From Alphaproteobacteria bacterium (GTDB taxonomy: Bacteria; Pseudomonadota; Alphaproteobacteria; Bin95), in NCBI GenBank assembly GCA_965205265.1, contig CBDBGH010000003.1, forward strand, positions 4,256,001-4,320,000: DNA of 64,000 nt. Direction: 5' to 3'. Position 1 is the first letter of the stretch. Every line of letters begins with the position of its first letter. Below, piece after piece: positions 21,221-30,608 of the stretch. Below the pieces are notes generated by a model. The model saw only the letters and a program-made list of their open reading frames with translations, was not told where the DNA came from and ran no database searches. Both the position numbers and the translations under genes were made by a program.

Positions 21221-22744
21221 ATGATCGAACGCGACCTCGCCCCCAGGCTGGCGAGGGCGGCCCGGCAGTGGCCGTCCGTCACGCTGACCGGCCCCCGGCA
21301 GAGCGGCAAGACGACGCTCTGCCGCTCCCTGTTCCCGCAGCATCCCTACGAGACGCTCGAAGCGCCGGACATGCGCGCCTTCGCCGTCGAGGACCCGCGC
21401 GCCTTCCTGGCCCGTTTCCCGCAGGGCGCCGTCCTCGACGAAATCCAGAGGGCGCCGGATCTGCTCTCCTACCTCCAGGGCGTCATCGACGCCGACCCGG
21501 CGCCCGGGCGCTGGATACTCACGGGCTCCCAGAACTTCGCCCTGCTCGAAACGGTCTCCCAGTCGCTGGCCGGAAGAACGGCGGTTTACAACCTGCTCCC
21601 GCTGACCCGGGGCGAGACGGTCCGGTTCCCCCGGCATCCCGGGACCCTCGACGAGGTCCTGTTCGCCGGCTCCTATCCGCGCATCTTCGACGAGGGGATA
21701 GACCCCGGCGACTGGTTCCGGTCCTATGTCGCCGCCTATATCGAACGCGATGTGCGGACGGTCGCCAATGTGGGCGATCTCGCGGCGTTCCAGCGGTTCG
21801 TCGCCCTTTGCGCCGGCCGGACGGCGCAACTGCTCAACTATTCGGCGCTGGCGGGCGATTGCGGCGTCTCGCAGCCCACCGCGAAAGCCTGGCTCAGCAT
21901 CCTCGAAACGAGTTTCCTCGTCTTCCGCCTGCCGGCGTTCCACGCGAATATCCGCAAACGCCTCGTGAAGATGCCGAAGCTGCATTTCTACGACACCGGG
22001 CTCGTCTGCTGGCTGCTCGGCATCCGCTCGCCGGACCAGCTGCGCTCGCATCCGCTGCGCGGCCCGATCTTCGAGACCTGGGTCGTCTCCGAGATCGCCA
22101 AGCAGCGCGTCCACCGCGGCGAGCCGGGCGGGCTTTTCTTCTACCGCGACAGCAACGGGGCGGAGGCCGATCTCATCCTCCAGGGCCCCGCCGGTCCGGC
22201 GGTCGTCGAAGCCAAGGCCGGCGAAACCGCCTCCTCCGGCCTGTTCGCCGGCGCTGCGCGGGTGCGGCGGGGCCTCGCGGGCGCGCACGGCCCGCTATCC
22301 GCCGCCGTCGTTTACGGCGGCGAGCGAGGGCAAGAACGGGGCGCGAACCGCCTGGTTCCCTGGCGGCAATTGCGCGCGTTCGAAATGACGACGCTCAGCG
22401 ACGCAGAGGTCAAAAGGCTCGCCGCAAGCCCCGGACCCGAACGGTCCCTCGCCTTTCACGACATGGCGCGGCGCGTCCGGGAAAACCCGTCGGCCTGGGC
22501 CGAAGGGGAGCCGATACGCTGGAGTCCTCTGGAAATCACCCGCGCGCCGAACGCCGCCGAAATCGAGTGGGCGTTCCTGGAATGCTCCCGCCAATTGAGC
22601 GGCGGGGAGCATGACGAAACCCGGCGCGACCGGGATGCGAGGATGGGCGAGCTTGAGCGGCTTCTGGACAAGGACCCGGACCCGCTCCACACCCGCTACC
22701 ATGCGGCGCTGGTCGAGGAAATGCGCCGGCAGGAAAACGGGTAA
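21221..22744 (+). CDS. AAA_14 ATPase with DUF4143 domain and C-terminal extension
   Basis: GPRQSGKTT, LDEIQ, LTGSQ, SLAGR, KMPKLHFYDTGL, FETWV, EADL...VEAK. Confidence 0.88.
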   Translation: MIERDLAPRLARAARQWPSVTLTGPRQSGKTTLCRSLFPQHPYETLEAPDMRAFAVEDPRAFLARFPQGAVLDEIQRAPDLLSYLQGVIDADPAPGRWILTGSQNFALLETVSQSLAGRTAVYNLLPLTRGETVRFPRHPGTLDEVLFAGSYPRIFDEGIDPGDWFRSYVAAYIERDVRTVANVGDLAAFQRFVALCAGRTAQLLNYSALAGDCGVSQPTAKAWLSILETSFLVFRLPAFHANIRKRLVKMPKLHFYDTGLVCWLLGIRSPDQLRSHPLRGPIFETWVVSEIAKQRVHRGEPGGLFFYRDSNGAEADLILQGPAGPAVVEAKAGETASSGLFAGAARVRRGLAGAHGPLSAAVVYGGERGQERGANRLVPWRQLRAFEMTTLSDAEVKRLAASPGPERSLAFHDMARRVRENPSAWAEGEPIRWSPLEITRAPNAAEIEWAFLECSRQLSGGEHDETRRDRDARMGELERLLDKDPDPLHTRYHAALVEEMRRQENG

Positions 22745-22782
22745 CCGGCCCCCCGGCTGCATCGACAGCCGGCTTCTATTTT

Positions 22783-22974
22783 GGGGATTACAAAGACAGG
22801 TTGACGACAGATTTGCGAGGCTTCGCGCCTTCTCTCCAGCGTCATACCCGGACTTGTTCCGGGTATCCATGCGGCCGTCCGACGGAAGCTGTGGCGGGAG
22901 ATACCCGGAACAAGTCCGGGTATGACGGAAGGAATGTCGTTGGTCTCCTCCGTCAACCTATCTTTGTAATCCCC
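22783..22974. mobile_element. 192-bp MITE (probably IS1595-family derived) carrying a REP doublet
   Basis: 24-bp terminal inverted repeats GGGGATTACAAAGA(C/T)AGGTTGACG with one mismatch; 8-bp direct repeat TCTATTTT at 22775-82 and 22975-82; internal inverted pair of GTCATACCCGGACTTGTTCCGGGTAT. Confidence 0.85.
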
Positions 22975-23460
22975 TCTATTTTGCTTCACGCACCGGCCGG
23001 GAGCATCGCCCCGCCATCCCCCGCTCCAGCACCGCCGCAACCACCCGGCGGCACAGGTCCTCGCCGACCGGCCTGCCCCGTCTGCGCTCCGTCAGTGTCC
23101 CGGCCATCTTTTCTCCCCGGCCGCGCCCGGCCTCCTGTCTTCTCCAATGGAACATTGCGCTCCCCTACCCGGCCGGCGCGCGCAGCTTCCCCGTCTGCCG
23201 CCCCCGGCGCGTTCAGCTGCCCCAATCCCGTCGCGTGGCCGCAATGCGGCGCGTTTTATCAAGTCATCGTTCCTGATTCAGTCCTTTATAGGCAGGAATT
23301 TAGGGCTTATTTTCCCGAATTACAACCCCTAGAGAGAAAAATATCCACAGGCGGCCACTGCCGTACGGTTGACGCCCTTTCCCGCTGAAGAGGGCATGGC
23401 GGGAAGGGGCCCGGCGGGCGGCTCCGGTTCAACCCGCACCATACCCGCCCCGCCCCACCA

Positions 23461-25182
23461 TCAGGCGCGGGCGGCGGCGCCCCGGAGCAGCGAGCCGGAA
23501 TGGGCGCCCGTCGGCTCGCCGCCGCGCAGCGTGACCGCGCCGTTCACCACCGTGGCCGCAATGCCGTCCGCCTTCTGCACCAGGCGGCGCGCGCCGCCCG
23601 GCAGGTCGGTCTCGACCGTCGGCAGGCAGGGCTCGATGCCCCCCTCGTCGAAGACCACGATGTCGGCGGCGTGGCCGGTGCGCAGCAGGCCCCGGTCGTG
23701 CATGTCCCAGGCGGCGGCGTTCTCGAAGGTCAGCATCCGCACCGCCTCCTCCAGGGTGAAGGCCTGCTTGTCGCGCACCCAGTAACTCAACAGATGTGTC
23801 TGCAGCGAGGAGCCCATCTCCTGGCAGACATGGGCGCCGGAGTCGGAGAAGGTCGCGAGCGTGCGCGGGTTTTTCAGCATCTCGCGCACTTCCAGCGGCT
23901 TCTCGTTGACCAGCGGCTGGACGAACATCAGGTCCTCGTTTTCCGCCATCAGGTCGAGCATGACCTCGACCGGATTGCGCCCGGAACCCTCGGCCAGGTC
24001 CGCGACGCTCGGGTCGTCCCACTTCACGTCGAACATCGGGAAGAGATTGGCGTAGTCCGGCTTGCGCGGGTCCGTGGTGGCCGCGCCGCCGCCCTGGAAC
24101 TCGGTGCCCCTGGGCTTCATCCCGGCTTCGGCGGCGACCAGCCCGGCGCGCACCTCCGGGTCGCGGAAGCGGGCCTTCTGCTCGGCGACCGGCAGGCTGC
24201 GGATCTCGTTCCAGACCGGCAGCGCATCGAAGGGCAGGTAGGACTTCATCGAGAAGAGCGCATTGATCGACCGGGTGGTGGCTTGCCCGAAAACGCGCCC
24301 GCCCTCGGCCGCAACCCTGTCCATCCACTCGAACTGGTAGGTATAGGGGTTGGGATTGTCGCCCTGGCTCGATGCAAGCGCGCCCAGCATCAACGGGCGG
24401 CGGCTGGAAACGGCGATCCTGCCGAGCTCCTCGTAGCACGCCTTCTGCGCCTCGCCGCCGGAAACGTCCGGCCCGACCTGGAAAATGCCGGCATTGAGCT
24501 CCGCCATGGCGTTCACCAGATGCGCGATCTCCGACCAGGCGGCGATGCGGCTTGCGACCGGCCCGCCGTCCGGGCGGATATGGGTGCTGGCCCGGGACGA
24601 GGAGAAGCCGACCGCGCCCGCCCGCAGCGCCTCCTGCACCAGCTTCGCCATGAGCTTCAGGTCGTCCTCGTCGGCCTCCCGGTCCAGCGCCCGGTCGCCC
24701 ATCGCATACATGCGCAGCGCCGAATGGCCGATATAGGCGGCGTAGTTGATGCTCTTCGGGAACGAATCAACGGCCTCGAGGTATTCCGGGAAGGTCTCCC
24801 AGCGCCAGTCTATCCCGGCGGTCATCGCTTCCTTGGGGATGTCCTCGACCGCCTCCAGGCATTCGGCGTACCATTCCCGCGCCTCCGGCTTGCAGGGCGC
24901 GAGCGCGAAACCGCAATTGCCCATCACCACCGTGGTCACGCCGTGCCAGCAGGAGCAGCTTCCGAGCGGGTCCCAGGCCACCTGGGCGTCCATGTGGGTG
25001 TGGCCGTCGATGAAGCCCGGCGCCACGATCATGCCCTCGGCGTCGATGACGTCCCCGGCGGGGCTGCTTATGCGCCCGATCTCGGCGATCCGCCCCTGCT
25101 TCACGCCGACATCGGCCCGGTAGCGGGGCATCCCCGAGCCATCGACCACCGTGCCGTTCCGGATGAGAAGATCGAAAGACAT
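23461..25182 (-). CDS. N-acyl-D-amino-acid deacylase-family amidohydrolase
   Basis: APGFIDGHTHMD, GVTTVVMGNCG, SDSGAH, ADIVVFD. Confidence 0.88.
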   Translation of the reverse strand: MSFDLLIRNGTVVDGSGMPRYRADVGVKQGRIAEIGRISSPAGDVIDAEGMIVAPGFIDGHTHMDAQVAWDPLGSCSCWHGVTTVVMGNCGFALAPCKPEAREWYAECLEAVEDIPKEAMTAGIDWRWETFPEYLEAVDSFPKSINYAAYIGHSALRMYAMGDRALDREADEDDLKLMAKLVQEALRAGAVGFSSSRASTHIRPDGGPVASRIAAWSEIAHLVNAMAELNAGIFQVGPDVSGGEAQKACYEELGRIAVSSRRPLMLGALASSQGDNPNPYTYQFEWMDRVAAEGGRVFGQATTRSINALFSMKSYLPFDALPVWNEIRSLPVAEQKARFRDPEVRAGLVAAEAGMKPRGTEFQGGGAATTDPRKPDYANLFPMFDVKWDDPSVADLAEGSGRNPVEVMLDLMAENEDLMFVQPLVNEKPLEVREMLKNPRTLATFSDSGAHVCQEMGSSLQTHLLSYWVRDKQAFTLEEAVRMLTFENAAAWDMHDRGLLRTGHAADIVVFDEGGIEPCLPTVETDLPGGARRLVQKADGIAATVVNGAVTLRGGEPTGAHSGSLLRGAAARA

Positions 25183-25411
25183 GGCGCGCTACCCCGGAGG
25201 CCGTTTCAACTCGGGCGGAACCGTAACAGCCCCGGAATGCTGCGACAATCCGGCCCTGCCGTCCTCCCACTCCGGCCCTCCCCCGCAAGCGGGAGAGAGG
25301 AAAAGGGAGGCAATCTCGCGCCGTATCGTGGGATGTCGCAACTGCCCAGGATGTCGGTCCTGGAGCACGATTCCGCGGCGTCGCCTTGCGGCCGGAGGTC
25401 CGCCCCCTCTT

Positions 25412-25508
25412 GCGTCACCCCGGACGGCGCGCCAGCGCCGAGCCGGGGTCTCCGGGCGAAGGATCGCCCTTATTGCACGAGGTCCCGGATCGGAGTCCGG
25501 GGCGACGC
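25412..25508. repeat. REP-like composite palindrome
   Basis: GCGTCACCCCGGAC ... GTCCGGGGCGACGC inverted ends with internal hairpins; coordinates approximate. Confidence 0.55.
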
Positions 25509-25539
25509 AAAAGGAGCACCGAGCCTGCATCCTGGGCAG

Positions 25540-26031
25540 TTACGGAATGTCATGAAATGTCATGGTCGGGTGCGAAACCGGGGTTTCGGTGCGGCGCGGA
25601 TCGGCGGCAATGGTCTTCAGGGTGGTCGTCGCGGCGCGAAACAGGATGTTCAGCACCTGCTTGCGGTTTTGCAGGACGATGGCGGCGATCGGCTCCGGCA
25701 GGGTGAAGACGATGTGGAAATAGGGGGCTGGCAGCACCGCTGCGGCCAGCGCCTCCATCCAGCGTCGGGCGGCTGCCCCCTGACACTGCGGACAGTGTCG
25801 GTTGCGGCACGACTTGTAGATGACATGCCGTTCACCGCAGGCGTTGCAGAGGAAGACAAGGCAGCCCATGACCGGCGTGCGGCAGTGGATGATGGCGTTG
25901 ATGACCTTGCTGGCGGCGGCCGGGAAGGAGCAGTTCGCCAGAAACGCGGCACCGGCGGCGATGAAGATCGACGCGATGCCGGCCTTTTCCGTACCCATGT
26001 CGATCAGCCGATCGGCGGTCGTATCCGTCAT
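25540..26031 (-). pseudogene. IS91-family transposase remnant (N-terminal Zn-binding domain only)
   Basis: CRT...C..C...YKSCRNRHCPQCQ...YFHIVFTLP; truncated before the catalytic HUH/Y2 region. Confidence 0.82.
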
Positions 26032-26342
26032 GGTCAAACTCCATCGGATGGTCGTTGCCGGACTCGACCAGGCCAAGCCCGGCTTTCCGTCGAGTTCTAC
26101 GCATTCTGCGGGAATAAGGTAACTCTCGTCGTGTCGCCGATCCACCTGGCAACACAATCCGTCGGTCAATTCAACGGCACGCCGACACAACACGCTCTCG
26201 GTGCGCAGCGCCTTCGTTCAACACGGTTTCGCGCATTCCCGCAACGGTTCCCGTCGCCTTACCGACAGTTTTGGAAGCAGCCGGCCGCACCCGATGCAGG
26301 TTTCACCGGGCGGCACCAACTGGCAGGAACCTGTCGATTTCT

Positions 26343-26540
26343 GTAAGCGCCACGCCGTTACCCTTGTTGACGGGTGACGCCCGGGATTGTCGGGGTGAAG
26401 TTCCAGGGCATGAGCTCGTCGATGCGTGACACGGGGTGCATGTCGACGATGCGGCGCAGGGTGTCGGTCAGGTAGACTTGCGGATTGACGCCGTTGAGCT
26501 TGCAGGTGCCGATCAGGCTGGCGCACAGCGCCCAGCGCCA
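26343..26540 (-). pseudogene. IS66-family transposase C-terminal remnant with terminal repeat
   Basis: Minus strand reads RWALCASLIGTCKLNGVNPQVYLTDTL...RIDELMPWNF (IS66 C-terminal motif); IS66-type end GTAAGCG at 26343. Confidence 0.8.
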
Positions 26541-26558
26541 TGACCGTCCGACCCGGCA

Positions 26559-29123
26559 TTACTTCTCCGACGGCTCATGGGGTCCCAGGAAGCGCTCCCC
26601 GTCGAAATGGATCAGGTGGCTCGGCGCGTCCGCGCACCAGACCTCGGTCTCCCACGAGATGTCGCCAAGGTGCCGGCCCATGATCGAACGATCCGGGAAG
26701 GCGGTCACGTATACGAGGCCGGCGTCCGCATTGGCGAACAGCGCCGCCAGTTCGTGATGCCGCTTGGCATCGACCGGCCCGTGGCTGGTGACCGCCTCGA
26801 TGAGCAGAAGCCACCGCTTGCCGCTGAAGTACAACACGACATCCGGCATCTTGCCGTGCCGGTCGACCGTCACCCCGAGCGCCGCGAGGCGGTCTTCCTC
26901 GAACAACCCGGTCCTGTCGCCCGTGTCGCCCACGTAGATCACTTCGGCGCCGGGCGCGAAGCGCGGCGCGAACGATTCCAGTATCTCCCTGATGAGGTCG
27001 CTGTGCGCGCCCGGCGACAGGACGATCTCCCGGCCCGGCGCGACGGCGACCGGGACCATCCGCATCTCCCGCTCCCGCGCCCACCGCGCGGCCAGCGTCT
27101 TGCGCGCATCGAGCCAGCGGTCGAGCGCGGACTGCCAGCCATCGGTATCCCAGGCGGCGATGACGCGCACCGCCGCTTCGCTGACCTGGTAACAGGCGTT
27201 CGGGCTGTTCACCGGCCGCCCGGGATCGTCGGGGTTGTAGACCGCGATCCCGGCCTCCACGAACTGGTGCATGGTCTGCCGGCGGAACGTCTCGCGCGTG
27301 TTCGGCGCGTATTCCCGCCCATAGTGTTCGCGCGTGTAGTCCATGATCGGCGTGATGCCCATCAGCGGCCGTCGCAGGTCCTGCCAGGCGCCCGACGGCC
27401 GGAGGTCGAGCAGCGCGAGCAAGGTCAGCGCCGAGCGGTCGTTCCGCTGGCCGCGCGGCATGCCGAGCGCCGTGAGGATCGCCAGCGCGTCCTCGATCTT
27501 CTGCTGCGCTTCGAGCGGGTTCCCGTCTTCCGCCATGTCGGCGACCTCCTGTTCGATCGCTGCGTCGATGTCCCGTTGCGGCGGCGCACCGCCCCCATGC
27601 GCACGACCCAGACGCTCCAGCGTCGCACGATCCGGATACCGCAGCGACCGCAGATCCGCCGCGTTGACCTGGGTGTGGCCGTTGAACTGCCGAAAGTATC
27701 GGTCGACGAGACTGCTGTTCAGATACAACGCAAGACCGCGCGCCAGGTTGCGGTCCATGCCCTCGCGGCCGGCATGAAATACATTGAGGTGGTTCTCGAA
27801 GCCGACCAGTTCACCCGGCAGGTCCGAATCATACACCGACGCCACCACGCGGCGGCGCTCCTCCTTGGCCGTGAACCGCCGCGTCACCACGTAGCTGCCG
27901 CGGTTCGGCCACAGCCATTTCCGGCTGCGTTCCGAGACGCGAATCGCGTTCGGCTTGCGCATCGCCTTCGGCCAGGCGAGCGTTCCGCCCCGGAAATGGG
28001 CGGCATAGAGCAGGGGCGCGGCGCCGACCTGCGGCTCCGCCCGCAGATCGTCCCGGTGGCGGAAGTCCACCACCGGGCCGGTGGAGATCGCTATGCCGAT
28101 CTCCGCAAGGCTCGCCGTGAAATGCGCCATGCGGTCGACGATCCCCTGCTCTATTCCGTTGGCGGCGATCCGCACGAACCGTTCGCGGTCGTCCGGGCGG
28201 ATAACCGACTCCTGAGGCACCCTTCTCCAAGTCAGATCCTCAACTCCCCAGACTCCCGCCGCTAGGTCGATTCCCGACACCCTGCCGCTGCTTGTCGTGA
28301 TCGTCACATCGCCCGGCGCGGTATCCTTCACCGCATGCAGGATGACGTTCTCCTGCAGCACGTCGTCGTCCCGGAAGGCGCGGTCCCGGCGTTCGAACAG
28401 ATGGAGGTGCCGCAGGCTCATCATTGAGAAGAACCGCTCCCGGAACGGCCTGAAATACGGACCGTTGCAGAACGAACGCGGCACGATGGCCACTAGTTCG
28501 CCCCCGCAGCGAAGCCGCAGCGAAGCCAGATAGAGGAATCCGGTGTAGAGATTGGAGGTCTCGACCCCGGCCTCGCGCAGGGCCGCGCGGTGCGCCGAGT
28601 CCGCGTTGATCTTGCGGTAGGGCGGATTGAGGATCGCGTGGGTAAAGCCCGCCTCTTCCCGCCTGGCGGCATCGAACAGACCCGGCCGCACGGCCGGGCC
28701 GCCGGCCATGATGAAGTCCTCTTCCACCGATCGGACCGCTGCCTCGATGCCTGCGCTTCGGCAGTGCGCCTCGACCTGCCAGAGAGTATCGCGCAGGTGG
28801 TTCGAGAGCATCGCGTCGATCTCGTAACAGACGAACGCGACGGAGCGCGGTACCGGCCCCGCGGCGCACAGGCGCTCGGCAAGAGCCGCCGTCAACGCAC
28901 CCACGCCAGCCCCCGGGTCCAGCACCCGCAGGTCGCCGGCCGTTTCGGAAAACAGGCTGGCCATGAAACGGGCAATCGGGGCCGGCGTCATGTACTGCCC
29001 GAGCAGCGCCCGCTTGCGGGAGGGGATCCGGGCCGACGCGTCGATCCGGCAGAGGTCTGCGGTCTCGGCGAGGGCTCCCCCGGTCATGCCCGCCGGGCGG
29101 ATTCCACGTGCGGTCTCAGTCAT
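26559..29123 (-). CDS. Fused N6-adenine DNA methyltransferase (Eco57I/TaqI-like) and BsuBI/PstI-family type II restriction endonuclease
   Basis: VLDPGAGVG, NPPY, IVPRSFCNG in the N-terminal part; YAPNTRETFRRQTMHQF, KMPDVV..IEAVTSHGP, ISWETEVW in the C-terminal part. Confidence 0.88.
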   Translation of the reverse strand: MTETARGIRPAGMTGGALAETADLCRIDASARIPSRKRALLGQYMTPAPIARFMASLFSETAGDLRVLDPGAGVGALTAALAERLCAAGPVPRSVAFVCYEIDAMLSNHLRDTLWQVEAHCRSAGIEAAVRSVEEDFIMAGGPAVRPGLFDAARREEAGFTHAILNPPYRKINADSAHRAALREAGVETSNLYTGFLYLASLRLRCGGELVAIVPRSFCNGPYFRPFRERFFSMMSLRHLHLFERRDRAFRDDDVLQENVILHAVKDTAPGDVTITTSSGRVSGIDLAAGVWGVEDLTWRRVPQESVIRPDDRERFVRIAANGIEQGIVDRMAHFTASLAEIGIAISTGPVVDFRHRDDLRAEPQVGAAPLLYAAHFRGGTLAWPKAMRKPNAIRVSERSRKWLWPNRGSYVVTRRFTAKEERRRVVASVYDSDLPGELVGFENHLNVFHAGREGMDRNLARGLALYLNSSLVDRYFRQFNGHTQVNAADLRSLRYPDRATLERLGRAHGGGAPPQRDIDAAIEQEVADMAEDGNPLEAQQKIEDALAILTALGMPRGQRNDRSALTLLALLDLRPSGAWQDLRRPLMGITPIMDYTREHYGREYAPNTRETFRRQTMHQFVEAGIAVYNPDDPGRPVNSPNACYQVSEAAVRVIAAWDTDGWQSALDRWLDARKTLAARWAREREMRMVPVAVAPGREIVLSPGAHSDLIREILESFAPRFAPGAEVIYVGDTGDRTGLFEEDRLAALGVTVDRHGKMPDVVLYFSGKRWLLLIEAVTSHGPVDAKRHHELAALFANADAGLVYVTAFPDRSIMGRHLGDISWETEVWCADAPSHLIHFDGERFLGPHEPSEK

Positions 29124-30478
29124 TTCCGGACGCCTGTTCCCGGGCGGCGGCCTCCGCCACCGCCCGGCGCTCCTTGCCCGGGCGCTCTCCGTCCGGGCCC
29201 ACCGTTTTCAGTCGCGGCCGTGGCCCCGCCAGCCGCGCCACCTCCTGCGGCAGGTAGCCAAGGTGCTTCCGCCACAGGGCCTCGCCCCAGGCCGGAAGCT
29301 CCGCCCCGCCCAGGCGAATGTCGCCCTGCGCCAACGGCCACAGCCCGGCCAGCGCTTTCGCCAGCGTCGATTTGCCGGCCCCGCTCGGACCGACCACCGC
29401 CACCGCCTCGCCCGGCGCAACATCGAACGTCACGCTCCGAAGCAGAACATCCCGACGGTCCGGCGACAGCACTGCCAGGTCGCGCACCCGAAGATGCGCC
29501 GCCGGGCGCGGCAAGGCCATCGGCAGAATCTTCGGCGGAATCTCCGCCAGCAGCCGCGATACCGCCAGCCATCCCGACCGCGCGACCGTCTGCTCCAGCG
29601 GCTGCAACGCCCGGCCCAGAAGGATCGACGACGACGCGATCATCGCGCCTGCCGTCAGTTCGCCCCCCAGCACCAGCCACGCCCCGAGAGCCAGCATCGC
29701 CGACTGCAGAAGAAGACGGAACGCCTTGCTCGCCGACGCATAGCCGCCGCCCGCGTCCGAGGCCCGCATCGACCGGTCCAGCGCCGCCTCGCGCACCAAC
29801 TTCCAGCGCGCCCGCAGCGGTCCCGTCATGCCAAAGCCGGTCACCGTTTCCATCTCGCGGCGCACATCTTCCGCCCGGATGGCGGCTTCGGCCGACAGGC
29901 GCGCGGTGCCTTCTCGCGGCTTGCGTGTCGCCCACCGGTTGGCCAGGCCAGCGCCACCAGCACCGTGCTGCCCGCAACCGCCAGCAGCGGATGGAAGATG
30001 TGAAGATCACCGCCACGAAGAACGGCGTCCACGGCAGGTCCAGCAGCGCCCCCGGCGCCGGCGAGGCCAGAAACCCGCGCACCGACTCCAGGTTCTGCAA
30101 CGCCTGGCCCGGGTTGCCGCGCCGCGACGGATCCCGCCCGGCGCGGTGGGCGGCGTCGAACACCCGCTCGTCCAGCGCATCCTGGAACCCCGCACCGACC
30201 CGCGACAGGATGCGTCGTCCGCACAGGCTGTCCGGCATCAGCCCGTAGAGATAGACCACGATGGCGAACAACATGACCAGCGTCGCCTCCGAGCGGCTGG
30301 TCAGCACCCGGTCGTAGATCTGCAGCATGAACAGCGGCCCGGCGAGCATCAGCAGGTTCACCGCCGCACTCAACGCGCCGACGACGATCAGCGCACCGCG
30401 ATGCCGGGCCAGAACCGCACGCGGATGCAGATCACCGCCGGAGGAGGCTTCATAAAGCAAGGGTGCGACGGCGCACAA
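29116..30478 (-). pseudogene. Type I secretion ABC transporter (PrtD-like), frameshifted and truncated
   Basis: VNLLML..PLFMLQIYDRVL.SRS and DLPWTP in one frame; GAMIASS.LLGRAL.P and GPSGAGKST..GYLPQ in another; no signature motif or Walker B. Confidence 0.82.
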
Positions 30479-30608
30479 TCCGAAAGGGCGCCGACCCCGC
30501 CCGGCATGCCGGGCGGCGCGTCCCGCCAGCCCCTCCCGGTCGACCGGGAAGCCCCTGCTGCACGGGCTCGCGCTGTGCCGTCATCGCCGGAGCGGGCAAG
30601 CCGTCCGG

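Noticed and set aside
23250-23460. AT-rich patch and hairpin as a riboswitch or ncRNA
   Set aside because: It lies between convergent genes and matches no motif I can recognise; at most a terminator-like hairpin.
25183-26560. tRNA or att site at the left island boundary
   Set aside because: No cloverleaf, integrase or att-like direct repeat was recognisable; only REP-like hairpins and IS remnants are present.
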